Assembly: GCA_045643965.1 (NCBI GenBank)
Contig: JAZRGB010000023.1
Span: 12,137 to 76,136, forward strand
Direction of reading: 5' to 3'
Origin: Candidatus Enterousia sp.
GTDB lineage: Bacteria > Pseudomonadota > Alphaproteobacteria > Rs-D84
Length of the DNA: 64,000 bases
In this document: positions 29,454 to 38,055 of the stretch, in pieces
How the letters are laid out: every line of letters starts with the position of its first letter
Position numbering within the stretch: position 1 is the stretch's first letter
Notes under the pieces: generated by a model
What the model saw: only the letters and a program-made list of their open reading frames with translations
What the model was told of the DNA's origin: nothing
The model's database searches: none
Translations under genes and position numbers: made by a program

Positions 29454-30467
29454 TTATCCTATGAAATTCACTATATCATCACGCAATTGTTCTGCCCATT
29501 TATATGGTGGATTTGATAACGCACCGATTTTATGCATTTCTATAAAGCATTGACGTGCATCGGCTAACTCTTCATCAGAACGTATATATTTTAACTTACG
29601 AAACGCCCACTTAATAAAGAACCATTTAAAGTTCTTGTTCCATTGTTCCATTTGATAATCTGTGGAATTTTCTTTATATGCAGAATACGCATCAATTATA
29701 CCTGTGCACAAACTTTTCATTATACGCAACTGTTTTGCACTTAATACAATTCCACCAAAATTTGGAATATAAAAATACAATGGTAACGGTGCAATTGTAA
29801 CACGCGGATTGCGTAACATAACCCTGCTCCACCATGGGAAATCTTCGAATAAAATCCCCTTGATAAAAGGAATATCTGCAATCAATTCACGTTTATACAA
29901 ATTTTTCCAAACCTGACAATGTTTTATCAACCAATGACGTTTTGGATTAAATTTATTGTGCGTACGTTCTGTTGCATATTCATAAACATCATCTGTTACA
30001 CGTGTTTTAATTTTATTCAGATTATATCTTTTATGAATCGCACGTGGCACAACATTATCCGTATCCAACCCCAGTTTATGACGCACCATTAATTGCGGGC
30101 GATATATTCTATCATATGTAAAAGATACAATATCAGACCCGTCACGCAACGCCAATGAATACGCAATTTCTAATGTTTGTGGGTGAATAAAATCATCACT
30201 GTCTATATACAAAATATAATCACCGGTTGCATGCGGCATACCAGCATTACGTGCATCGGACAAACCACCGTTTTCTTTATGAATAACCACAAAACGTTTA
30301 TCTCGTTTTGCATATTCTTCGGCGATTTCACCAGATTTATCTGGACTGCCATCATCGACACATATCGCCTGCCAATCTGTAAAAGTCTGATTTAATACAC
30401 TATCCAAGCATCTCCTCAGATATTTTTCAACACCATACATTGGAATAATTATTGAAATTGCAGGCAT
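29454..30467 (-). CDS. Glycosyltransferase family 2 (paralog B)
   Basis: ISIIIPMYGVEKYLRRCLDSVLNQTFTDWQAICVDDGSPDKSGEIAEEYAKRDKRFVVIHKENGGLSDARN, with a diverged C-terminal half. Confidence 0.85.
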   Translation of the reverse strand: MPAISIIIPMYGVEKYLRRCLDSVLNQTFTDWQAICVDDGSPDKSGEIAEEYAKRDKRFVVIHKENGGLSDARNAGMPHATGDYILYIDSDDFIHPQTLEIAYSLALRDGSDIVSFTYDRIYRPQLMVRHKLGLDTDNVVPRAIHKRYNLNKIKTRVTDDVYEYATERTHNKFNPKRHWLIKHCQVWKNLYKRELIADIPFIKGILFEDFPWWSRVMLRNPRVTIAPLPLYFYIPNFGGIVLSAKQLRIMKSLCTGIIDAYSAYKENSTDYQMEQWNKNFKWFFIKWAFRKLKYIRSDEELADARQCFIEMHKIGALSNPPYKWAEQLRDDIVNFIG

Positions 30468-30482
30468 ATATCATCTCCGTTT

Positions 30483-31391
30483 TTATTTATACATATTAAT
30501 TATTGTTTCTGCAAAAGTATCTTTTTTAGGTTTTTCAGAACCACGATATGTCAATTTTTGAAAGAACGAACCACTTGTCACCTTATCAAAAGTTTCTTGA
30601 TTGAATGGTTTATCATGATACGCCCACCATAACATGTGCGTTGGGTCCTGATCAACATGTGGCATTTTTTCAAAATACTTTTTTGCACGTTCATCATTTA
30701 AAACCAATGTCTTAAATAACAACTGGTGCATAAAATAATCAAAATTTGAATTTTCATGTTTCCAATATTCCAAAATCATTGCACGCCATGCTGCCAACAA
30801 ATACGCCCCTTTGCGTGCACGAATAAAGCAATTTTGCATAAACGAATAAGGACTGCCAACATTTTGACCTGCCATATAAACAAAAAAGTCTTCATTTTCA
30901 ATCCAACTTGGGATTTCACTGGTTGCCAGCCCTGTTGAATCCAGCCAATACCCACCATGTTGATATAACAATTCAACACGACAAATATCTGCAAAGTGTG
31001 CATGTGCAATCTTACCGGCACGACGTTTTTCCATAACATAATCAGGCAATGTTATATAATCAAAAACCGTCTTTTCATCCAATACTATCAATTCTTGTTT
31101 ACAATTTCTGCGAACACTGCGAAAACAAGCCTGAACCAATGGTGGAGCTTTATCTTCACCCTGTAACCACAATGTAAAGATTTTATCATTTTTATCGTTA
31201 TTTGTAACCTTGGTTTCTTTTACAGAAGCAACTGCAGGTAAATATCTTTTAAAATATTTTGGAATAACCTTGGAAATAACATCACTTCGAACAATACGTC
31301 TGTGTACACGCGAACGCCATGGCCAATTTAAAATATGACCACGCACCATAATTTCTGTCATTGCAACAAATCTTGCCAAGTTCATACACAT
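30483..31391 (-). CDS. Glycosyltransferase, DXD sugar-binding family (capsule-synthesis/OCH1-like)
   Basis: Motifs IFTLWLQGEDKAPPLVQACFRSVRRN ... DIVRVELLYQHGGYWLDSTG are typical of the Gly_transf_sug / Caps_synth families. The start is uncertain. Confidence 0.55.
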   Translation of the reverse strand: MCMNLARFVAMTEIMVRGHILNWPWRSRVHRRIVRSDVISKVIPKYFKRYLPAVASVKETKVTNNDKNDKIFTLWLQGEDKAPPLVQACFRSVRRNCKQELIVLDEKTVFDYITLPDYVMEKRRAGKIAHAHFADICRVELLYQHGGYWLDSTGLATSEIPSWIENEDFFVYMAGQNVGSPYSFMQNCFIRARKGAYLLAAWRAMILEYWKHENSNFDYFMHQLLFKTLVLNDERAKKYFEKMPHVDQDPTHMLWWAYHDKPFNQETFDKVTSGSFFQKLTYRGSEKPKKDTFAETIINMYK

Positions 31392-31450
31392 CCCCTTTTT
31401 TACATATTTTTAAACACCCAGCCAAACAAATGTCTGACTGGGCAACACTT

Positions 31451-32533
31451 TTATTCTTCGGATTCAGACATCACATCATCGTCATCATCGATTGGACCGG
31501 TTGTCATTTCTTCGGCAATTCCCGATGAACGTGCCATAATTTTTTCCAGCAACACTTCTTGTACATCTGGATGATCTTTTAACCATTGACGTGCATTGGC
31601 TTCGCCCTGTCCCATACGTTCACTGTTATACGAATAGAAACTGCCAGCCTTTTCAATCAAATCATATTTCACACCCATATCCAAGATTTCACTGATTCTT
31701 GAAATCCCTTCGCCATACATAATTTTAAAATCAACCGTACGGAAAGGTGGTGCAACTTTGTTCTTTACAATTTTTACCCTTGTTTCATTACCAACGATAT
31801 TTTCTTTATCCTTGATTTGTCCTGTACGACGGATATCAAGACGTACAGACGCATAGAACTTTAACGCATTACCACCAGATGTTGTTTCTGGATTACCAAA
31901 CATAACACCAATCTTCATACGAATTTGATTAATAAATATCAGCAATGTATTACTGCGTGATACAGAACCCGCCAATTTCTTTAATGATTGTGACATCAAA
32001 CGTGCAGTTGTACCAACAAAAGAATCACCAATATTACCTTCTAATTCTGCCTTTGGCACCAATGCAGCAACAGAATCAATTACAACAACATCAACCGCCC
32101 CAGATTTAATCAAAGTATCTGCGATTTCCAATGCCTGTTCACCAGAATCAGGTTGTGAAATAATTAAATTTGCAACATCAACACCCAACTTTTTTGCATA
32201 ACTTGGGTCCAAGGCATTTTCAGCATCAATATACGCACATGTACCACCTTTTTTCTGTGATTCTGCAACCGCATGCAATGCCAATGTTGTTTTACCAGAA
32301 CTTTCAGGTCCATAAATTTCAACAATTCTACCCTTTGGATAACCACCGATACCCAATGCAATATCCAACCCCAGCGAACCAGAAGATATCGCTTCGATAT
32401 TTTGTTGGGAACCGTCACCCATTTTCATAATTGCTTCTTTACCGAATTGCTTTTGAATTTGTGCCAACGCAGATTCCAGTGCAGGATTTTTAACTGGTGC
32501 ACCCGCGTCCTTACTTGCATCTTTCTTTGCCAT
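31451..32533 (-). CDS. recA: Recombinase RecA
   Basis: [20 protein letters not shown] Walker A, L1/L2 loops, 360 aa, acidic C-terminus. Confidence 0.95.
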   Translation of the reverse strand: MAKKDASKDAGAPVKNPALESALAQIQKQFGKEAIMKMGDGSQQNIEAISSGSLGLDIALGIGGYPKGRIVEIYGPESSGKTTLALHAVAESQKKGGTCAYIDAENALDPSYAKKLGVDVANLIISQPDSGEQALEIADTLIKSGAVDVVVIDSVAALVPKAELEGNIGDSFVGTTARLMSQSLKKLAGSVSRSNTLLIFINQIRMKIGVMFGNPETTSGGNALKFYASVRLDIRRTGQIKDKENIVGNETRVKIVKNKVAPPFRTVDFKIMYGEGISRISEILDMGVKYDLIEKAGSFYSYNSERMGQGEANARQWLKDHPDVQEVLLEKIMARSSGIAEEMTTGPIDDDDDVMSESEE

Positions 32534-32596
32534 AATTTTCCCCTTTTTTTCTTATCAAAATCATACAAAGAACACCAACAAAAAGCAATAAAATAG

Positions 32597-33784
32597 TTAT
32601 TTTTTACAAGGCACCAAAATCAGCATAACAAACGCACCGACAAATGCACTGACCGTCCAAACAGCCGCCGTTGTTCCAAACAGTGTAATCACCCCTGCCC
32701 CCAACATTGGAATTATCACACTTGGTAAATTCACACTTGTTCTGAACACACCATAAAAGCGTGATTGTTGCGACTTTGACACACCGTCAAAGAATAACAA
32801 ATCATGCACAGGTTCCATAAACGCACCTGAAATCTGCCACAAAATAAATATCGCCAACAACGGCACACCAGACACAAACGCTGCAACAGCCGCTAACACA
32901 GAAAACGACCCAAAACCTAACATCAGCCAAAATGTCTTGCCATACTTTCTAACCAAACGCCCCATCAGTTCGCTTAATACCAAATAAGGAATTATCCCGA
33001 CAGTCAGAACACCCCCCAAAACATCTTTTGAAAAACCATTTTCAATAACCAATATCGGCACATATAAAATACGCAACGCACGCAAAGAATAATACCCAAA
33101 ATTAACCAAATACGCACGCAGCATCCCAGGTATTTTAAAGAACGCACCTGCATTTTTTATCAATGCCTTAAATGTTTTTCTGGGGTTAACAGGTTTTAAT
33201 TCCTTGTCTTCTTGGACAACCTTAAACAATTTAAACATTGTCCACCCCATCAAATATATAACAGCCGACCCAAAGAACGCCGCCCTATTACCAAAATGAT
33301 TTGCAATTACCACGGCCACAAACGGAGCAAAAAAAGCCCCAAGATTTCCCCACAAATGATATCTTGAATTCAATCGTGCCATACCGATATTTTTTGAAAA
33401 ATCAGACATAAACAATGGAATCAACACTGTAATCAAAGTTGTCGCAAAACCCGTTGTATAATCCAAAATAACAAACGTACGTGGCAATATCGAAAAACTC
33501 ATCATCGCGTAACAAATTGCCACCATCAGCATTGCGAAATAGAACACACGCACTTTTGAAAATATACGCAATATCTCATTCGCAAACAACGCAACAATCA
33601 AACAAAATATTGAATAAATCGCAACATAAATACCAACAACAGCACTGTTGCGAAAGATTTCCAAGATAACCAATGAATAAACAGCATTATAAATACCATC
33701 TGCAAAACCAGTAAACAATCCCAGATTTGCAAATGAAAAACCATTTACCTTACGACCAACTGAAATATACTTCTCTCTTCCCAT
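32597..33784 (-). CDS. MFS transporter
   Basis: 395 aa with about 12 predicted TM helices and an MFS-like loop motif (RLVRKYGK). Confidence 0.6.
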   Translation of the reverse strand: MGREKYISVGRKVNGFSFANLGLFTGFADGIYNAVYSLVILEIFRNSAVVGIYVAIYSIFCLIVALFANEILRIFSKVRVFYFAMLMVAICYAMMSFSILPRTFVILDYTTGFATTLITVLIPLFMSDFSKNIGMARLNSRYHLWGNLGAFFAPFVAVVIANHFGNRAAFFGSAVIYLMGWTMFKLFKVVQEDKELKPVNPRKTFKALIKNAGAFFKIPGMLRAYLVNFGYYSLRALRILYVPILVIENGFSKDVLGGVLTVGIIPYLVLSELMGRLVRKYGKTFWLMLGFGSFSVLAAVAAFVSGVPLLAIFILWQISGAFMEPVHDLLFFDGVSKSQQSRFYGVFRTSVNLPSVIIPMLGAGVITLFGTTAAVWTVSAFVGAFVMLILVPCKK

Positions 33785-33820
33785 AGCCTATGTATTATAT
33801 CATAAAAAAACACTAACCAC

Positions 33821-33910
33821 AAATTCATGATTAGTGAAAAAAGAAATCGGAAATCGTAGTGTACTTAACGCTACATAAGACTCCCGATTTGTTTTTAGAT
33901 GAATTATTAG
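33821..33910. repeat. Palindromic hairpin element (E2), type-I termini, degenerate left end
   Basis: aaattcatgattagtgaaaa | arm gaaatcggaaatc | core GTAGTGTACTTAACGCTACAT (33856-33876) | arm ctcccgattt | ttagatgaattattag. Confidence 0.65.
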
Positions 33911-33917
33911 CCAATAA

Positions 33918-34026
33918 ATAAAATAAATTAGAATGATTTAGATAAAAAGAAATCGGAAATCGTAGTGTACTTAACGCTACATGAGATTTCCGATTTATTT
34001 TTAGATGAATTATTATAATTTATTTT
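33918..34026. repeat. Palindromic hairpin element (E3), type-I termini, complete
   Basis: aaataaattagaatgatttagataaaaa | stem aaaaagaaatcggaaatc / gagatttccgatttattttt (18 bp) | core 33962-33983 | ttagatgaattattataatttatttt. The secB stop codon and its last two codons lie inside the right terminus. Confidence 0.75.
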
Positions 34027-34520
34027 GCTTGTTTCTGGGCATACAACGCAGCAAAATCCACTGGCTGCATTGCAAATGTTGGGAACCCAGATTCAGATGT
34101 CAAACGTGTAATCAATGCACGTACTGCTGGGAACAACAATGTTGGAACATCAATCAACAATGTACGTTTCTTTGCTTCTTCATCTTTTTCTTCTTCCATT
34201 TGAACCAGACCTGAATAAGTTGATTCAATCAAGAATATCGATTTATCGCCATTTTCCAGTTTTGAATGAACCTTGGTAATCAAATCAACCATGAACAAGT
34301 TATTTTCTGCACCCTTGATTTGAATATCAATATTGATTTCTAATTTTGCCTGACCATTGTCATTTTTAAAGAACAATTCTGGAACATTTGGGCTTTCAAA
34401 AGAAATGTCTTTCAAGTACTGAGATATAATATTAAATTTTGCGATTATAATTTCTCCTTGTGATATTTGTGGCGACCTTAATGTCTGGACTTGCGTCCCT
34501 GTTCTATGATAATATAGCAT
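34020..34520 (-). CDS. secB: Protein-export chaperone SecB
   Basis: KFNIISQYLKDISFESPNVPELF... matches the SecB family. The acidic C-terminus ends ...ALYAQKQAK. The upstream ORF start may be over-extended. Confidence 0.85.
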   Translation of the reverse strand: MLYYHRTGTQVQTLRSPQISQGEIIIAKFNIISQYLKDISFESPNVPELFFKNDNGQAKLEINIDIQIKGAENNLFMVDLITKVHSKLENGDKSIFLIESTYSGLVQMEEEKDEEAKKRTLLIDVPTLLFPAVRALITRLTSESGFPTFAMQPVDFAALYAQKQAK

Positions 34521-34556
34521 TATTAAATTATTTTACAAGTGGGGGAATGTTTAAAA

Positions 34557-35657
34557 ATGTCTTTTTTCAATAAATCTTTTATAAAAAACGGTTTAATTGC
34601 TGCGTTTTGTGGATTTGTATTGGCGGCATGTGACCTGTCCACACCAACTGTATCTGGCGACAATTCAATAATTCCATCAAATTTGAAACGTGTATCTTAC
34701 AGTCAATTACCCGGCTGGAACGATGATGACGTCCGCTATGCACTGCAGGCATTTCGTAATTCTTGCAAGGCAAAGATTCAATATGTCGGGCGTGTAATTC
34801 CAGATCGTGAACTGTTTGCTGAAAAATGTCGCATGTTACCCAGTGCATCTGCAGATGTCGCAACTGTTCGTGCATGGTTTGAATCACATTTCCAACCATA
34901 CCAGATATTTAACGAAAACGGCACCGATACCGGCACATATACAGGATATTATTCACCAATAATCCCTGCATGTCGCAAGCAAACTGCACAATGCAACGAA
35001 CCATTGATGGCTGTTCCAAATGATGGCAGAAATTACAAAGGTGTGTCAAAAAAAGACATTGTTGAAAAGAAAATCGGTCGCGTTCTGTATTGGGCAAATA
35101 TCGTTGACGTACAAAACCTGCAAATCCAAGGCAGCGGTAACTTAAGACTGGAAGACGGCACAGATGTAAAACTAAACTTTGGTGCTGTAAACGATATGCC
35201 ATATAAATCAATCGGTGAAGAATTGCGTAATCGTGGCATACGTCCTGCTGGCGGTTATTCAGCCGAAGCAGTATGGCAACACCTGAAAGCAAACCCAACA
35301 CTTGCCAAAGACGTAATTTATAAAAACCCACGATACGTATATTTCTATGAATCAACACCACCAGACGTTGTTGGAAAACTTGGCACGCCATTATCAAAAA
35401 TCCGCAGTGTTGCAATGGACGACAGTTTATACACACTGGGATTGCCAGTATATATCAGCACAAACTTGTCTGATGGCCGTGCATTTCGTCGCTTGATGAT
35501 TGCCCAAGATACAGGCAGTGCAATCCGCGGATTTATCCGTGCAGACATTTTCTTTGGCAAAGGTGACGAAGCATACAAACTTGCCCAGGGTCAACACGCC
35601 CAAGGAAAAATGTTTATCCTGATGCCAAAAGAATACACATATGTCAAACCAAGATAA
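34557..35657 (+). CDS. mltA: Membrane-bound lytic murein transglycosylase A
   Basis: ORF 34539..35657. Start chosen at MSFFNKSF with a lipoprotein-like signal (LAACDLS). The MltA domain plus 3D domain is present (…RGFIRADIFFGKGDEA). Confidence 0.8.
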   Translation: MSFFNKSFIKNGLIAAFCGFVLAACDLSTPTVSGDNSIIPSNLKRVSYSQLPGWNDDDVRYALQAFRNSCKAKIQYVGRVIPDRELFAEKCRMLPSASADVATVRAWFESHFQPYQIFNENGTDTGTYTGYYSPIIPACRKQTAQCNEPLMAVPNDGRNYKGVSKKDIVEKKIGRVLYWANIVDVQNLQIQGSGNLRLEDGTDVKLNFGAVNDMPYKSIGEELRNRGIRPAGGYSAEAVWQHLKANPTLAKDVIYKNPRYVYFYESTPPDVVGKLGTPLSKIRSVAMDDSLYTLGLPVYISTNLSDGRAFRRLMIAQDTGSAIRGFIRADIFFGKGDEAYKLAQGQHAQGKMFILMPKEYTYVKPR

Positions 35658-35970
35658 AAAATTAAACGTCCGCATTTCACGTCCGCAAACAATTGCGGGT
35701 GCATTGGGTGGACTGATAAAAATTTTTGGGATTCGTGCATCTGATTCTGATTTGGCAAATCGCTGGGATGAAATAATGGGTGATGATATTGCAAGCATTG
35801 CAAAATTGGCAGCAATCAAAAAAAATCGTGATAACACATTTAATATTGTAATTCGCCCTGCCACACCTGCATACGCACTACAACTATCATATCAATCAGA
35901 AGAAATCACAAAACGCATAAATAAATACTTTGGATATAACGCAGTTGGAAAAATAAGTTTTAGAAAATGA
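35641..35970 (+). CDS. DUF721 (DciA-like) family protein
   Basis: 109 aa with an IAGALGGLIKIFGIR...WDEIMGDDIASIAKLAAIKKN pattern typical of DUF721. It overlaps mltA and ruvC, consistent with an operon. Confidence 0.5.
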   Translation: MSNQDKKLNVRISRPQTIAGALGGLIKIFGIRASDSDLANRWDEIMGDDIASIAKLAAIKKNRDNTFNIVIRPATPAYALQLSYQSEEITKRINKYFGYNAVGKISFRK

Positions 35971-36446
35971 CAAAACGCGTATTGGGCATTGACCCAGGAT
36001 TATTACACACAGGTTGGGCAGTTATTGATACTGCTGGTTCATCACGAAAATATATTGCCAGCGGTGTAATTTTACCAAATCCAAAAATGGAAATGGCCGA
36101 CAGACTTGTTACAATTTTTCGTGAAGTGACAAAACTGTGCGAAACGTTCGACCCCGATGAATGCAGTATTGAAATAACATTTGTAAATAAAAATCCAAAA
36201 ACAACTTTGATTCTGGGTCATGCACGTTCTGCTGCAATTGTCGCTGTTGCAAACAAGGATATTCCAATATTTGAATACGAACCAAACAAGATAAAAAAAG
36301 CCCTGACTGGTGCGGGACACGCCGACAAAAGTTCAGTTGATAAAATGGTTCAAATTTTACTGCCAACGGCCCACCCAAAAACCGCAGACGAAGCAGACGC
36401 AATCGCAATCGCCCTGTCACACACAAACATGATGCGTATATTCTAA
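35967..36446 (+). CDS. ruvC: Crossover junction endodeoxyribonuclease RuvC
   Basis: VLGIDPGLLHTGWAVI (catalytic Asp), …EADAIAIAL…, 159 aa. Confidence 0.9.
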   Translation: MTKRVLGIDPGLLHTGWAVIDTAGSSRKYIASGVILPNPKMEMADRLVTIFREVTKLCETFDPDECSIEITFVNKNPKTTLILGHARSAAIVAVANKDIPIFEYEPNKIKKALTGAGHADKSSVDKMVQILLPTAHPKTADEADAIAIALSHTNMMRIF

Positions 36447-37156
36447 CAGGATTTTATTCTACAATAATTTTCTATGATTTTATTTCTAAGATTTTCGTCT
36501 TTTACTTTTTGCTGGGTATATTTAAACATTTCTTGTTCTGTCTGTTTATCCATATTTTGCAACAGATGCAAAATTGTCCAAGACAGTCTGGCATCTATAT
36601 CATATTTTTCACGAAACAAAACCTGAAATTTTAACGCACGCGAAATTAGTGACGGTTCTTTATACAATGTTCCAATTTTATCGTTTACTATCAGATAATT
36701 TTCCAATTCTATTGTTTTATTTGATGTAAACGCATAAAACGGTGCAGCAGCAAAAATTTGCTGTGACCCGTTATGATAAAACAGAGAATTTACATTAAAA
36801 TCAAAATACTGACCAACTATTGCAGCAGGCCAATCAAATTCTTTATTAAAAATATCAACTTCTGGGAAATTTTTTAAACCTAACTTTATCCCACCAAAAG
36901 AATTTTCCTGTTTCCATAAAACATTTTGATTTTGTGATAAATCTGGTTTCTTTGACAATATTAAATCAATGTCTTTTGGGTCAAACTGTGTGTTTGTCAG
37001 TTCAGATAAAACAGCATCACGAACAAATCCGCCGACTGCAAAACATTCTGTACTTTTTGGCAAATTCAAATCATTAACAACACCGTCAACCAACGGGGCA
37101 ATTTTCTTGTCCGCCCGACGAATTACACTTTCAACATCTGCCAGATACCATCTCAT
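36443..37156 (-). CDS. Nucleotidyltransferase, CCA-adding/poly(A) polymerase head-domain family (short, 237 aa)
   Basis: Pol-beta-type NTase signature CFAVGGFVRDAVL...DIDLIL (GGxVRD...DxD). It lacks the usual about 150 aa C-terminal body of a canonical Cca. Confidence 0.55.
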   Translation of the reverse strand: MRWYLADVESVIRRADKKIAPLVDGVVNDLNLPKSTECFAVGGFVRDAVLSELTNTQFDPKDIDLILSKKPDLSQNQNVLWKQENSFGGIKLGLKNFPEVDIFNKEFDWPAAIVGQYFDFNVNSLFYHNGSQQIFAAAPFYAFTSNKTIELENYLIVNDKIGTLYKEPSLISRALKFQVLFREKYDIDARLSWTILHLLQNMDKQTEQEMFKYTQQKVKDENLRNKIIENYCRIKSC

Positions 37157-37177
37157 TACAAATCCAACGATTGATAT

Positions 37178-37287
37178 AAAAATAAATTAGAATGATTTAG
37201 ATGCGGAACGGTCCCGATGGTGTAGTGTACAAAAGTTACATGAGCCATCGGGACCGTCCACAGATGAATTATTATAATTTATTTTTA
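37178..37287. repeat. Palindromic hairpin element (E4), type-I termini
   Basis: aaaataaattagaatgatttagat | stem ggaacggtcccgatggt / gccatcgggaccgtcc | core GTAGTGTACAAAAGTTACATGA (37222-37243) | cagatgaattattataatttattttt. It abuts the yebC stop (cta 37288-90). Confidence 0.75.
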
Positions 37288-38004
37288 CTAGGCAGCGGCT
37301 GTGAACACCTTCTGCACATCATCATTTGCATCCAATGCATCAACCAATTTTTCCAGTTTTGCATATGCTTCGTCATCCAAATCCATTGGCATATTTGGCA
37401 ACCATGTCAGTTCTGCCTGTTCTGGTTCGCCCAAGATATCTGCCAAATATTTTTGTGCGGTTACAAAATCTTCTGGTTTTGTTGTGATGATAAAGCCTTC
37501 TTCGGATGTTTCTAGATTATCCGCATTTGCTTCCATAATAATTTCCATCATTTCATCTTCGGTTTTGCCGATTGATGCAGGATACATAATCTGACCTGCA
37601 CGTGTAAACATGAACACAACAGAACCTTCTTCGCCCATATTACCGCCATTTTTACCAAAGATATTACGAATTTCTGGCACAGTACGACGTGGATTGTCTG
37701 TCAATGCTTCAACAATAACAGGCACAGCACCTGGGCCATAACCTTCGTATCTAACTGCTTCGTAACTTTCTGTATTTGCACCAGACGCTTTTTCAATTGC
37801 ACGTTTGATATTATCGTTTGGCATTGAATTTTTGCGTGCTGTCAAAATAGCCAAGCGTAATCTTGGGTTATTATCTGGGTTTTTATCGCCCAACTTGGCA
37901 GCCATTGTGATTTCACGTGCCAATTTTGTAAACAAACCACTGCGTGCGGCATCGGCTGCACCTTTTTTATGTTGGATATTATGCCATTTACTGTGTCCAC
38001 TCAT
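37288..38004 (-). CDS. yebC: YebC/PmpR family transcriptional regulator
   Basis: MSGHSKWHNIQHKKGAADAARSGLFTKLAREI, the canonical YebC N-terminus. 238 aa. Confidence 0.9.
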   Translation of the reverse strand: MSGHSKWHNIQHKKGAADAARSGLFTKLAREITMAAKLGDKNPDNNPRLRLAILTARKNSMPNDNIKRAIEKASGANTESYEAVRYEGYGPGAVPVIVEALTDNPRRTVPEIRNIFGKNGGNMGEEGSVVFMFTRAGQIMYPASIGKTEDEMMEIIMEANADNLETSEEGFIITTKPEDFVTAQKYLADILGEPEQAELTWLPNMPMDLDDEAYAKLEKLVDALDANDDVQKVFTAAA

Positions 38005-38055
38005 ATTTGACCTTTTTATTTATTTAGATTAAAATTACCAGTAAAAGGATAACAA

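Noticed and set aside
33821-34026. Possibility that the repeated hairpin elements are a CRISPR array
   Set aside because: The repeats are inverted terminal repeats around a hairpin, not evenly spaced direct repeats. The variable parts are self-complementary stems of 12-18 bp, not 30-40 bp spacers. Copies are dispersed at five loci and no cas genes are nearby.
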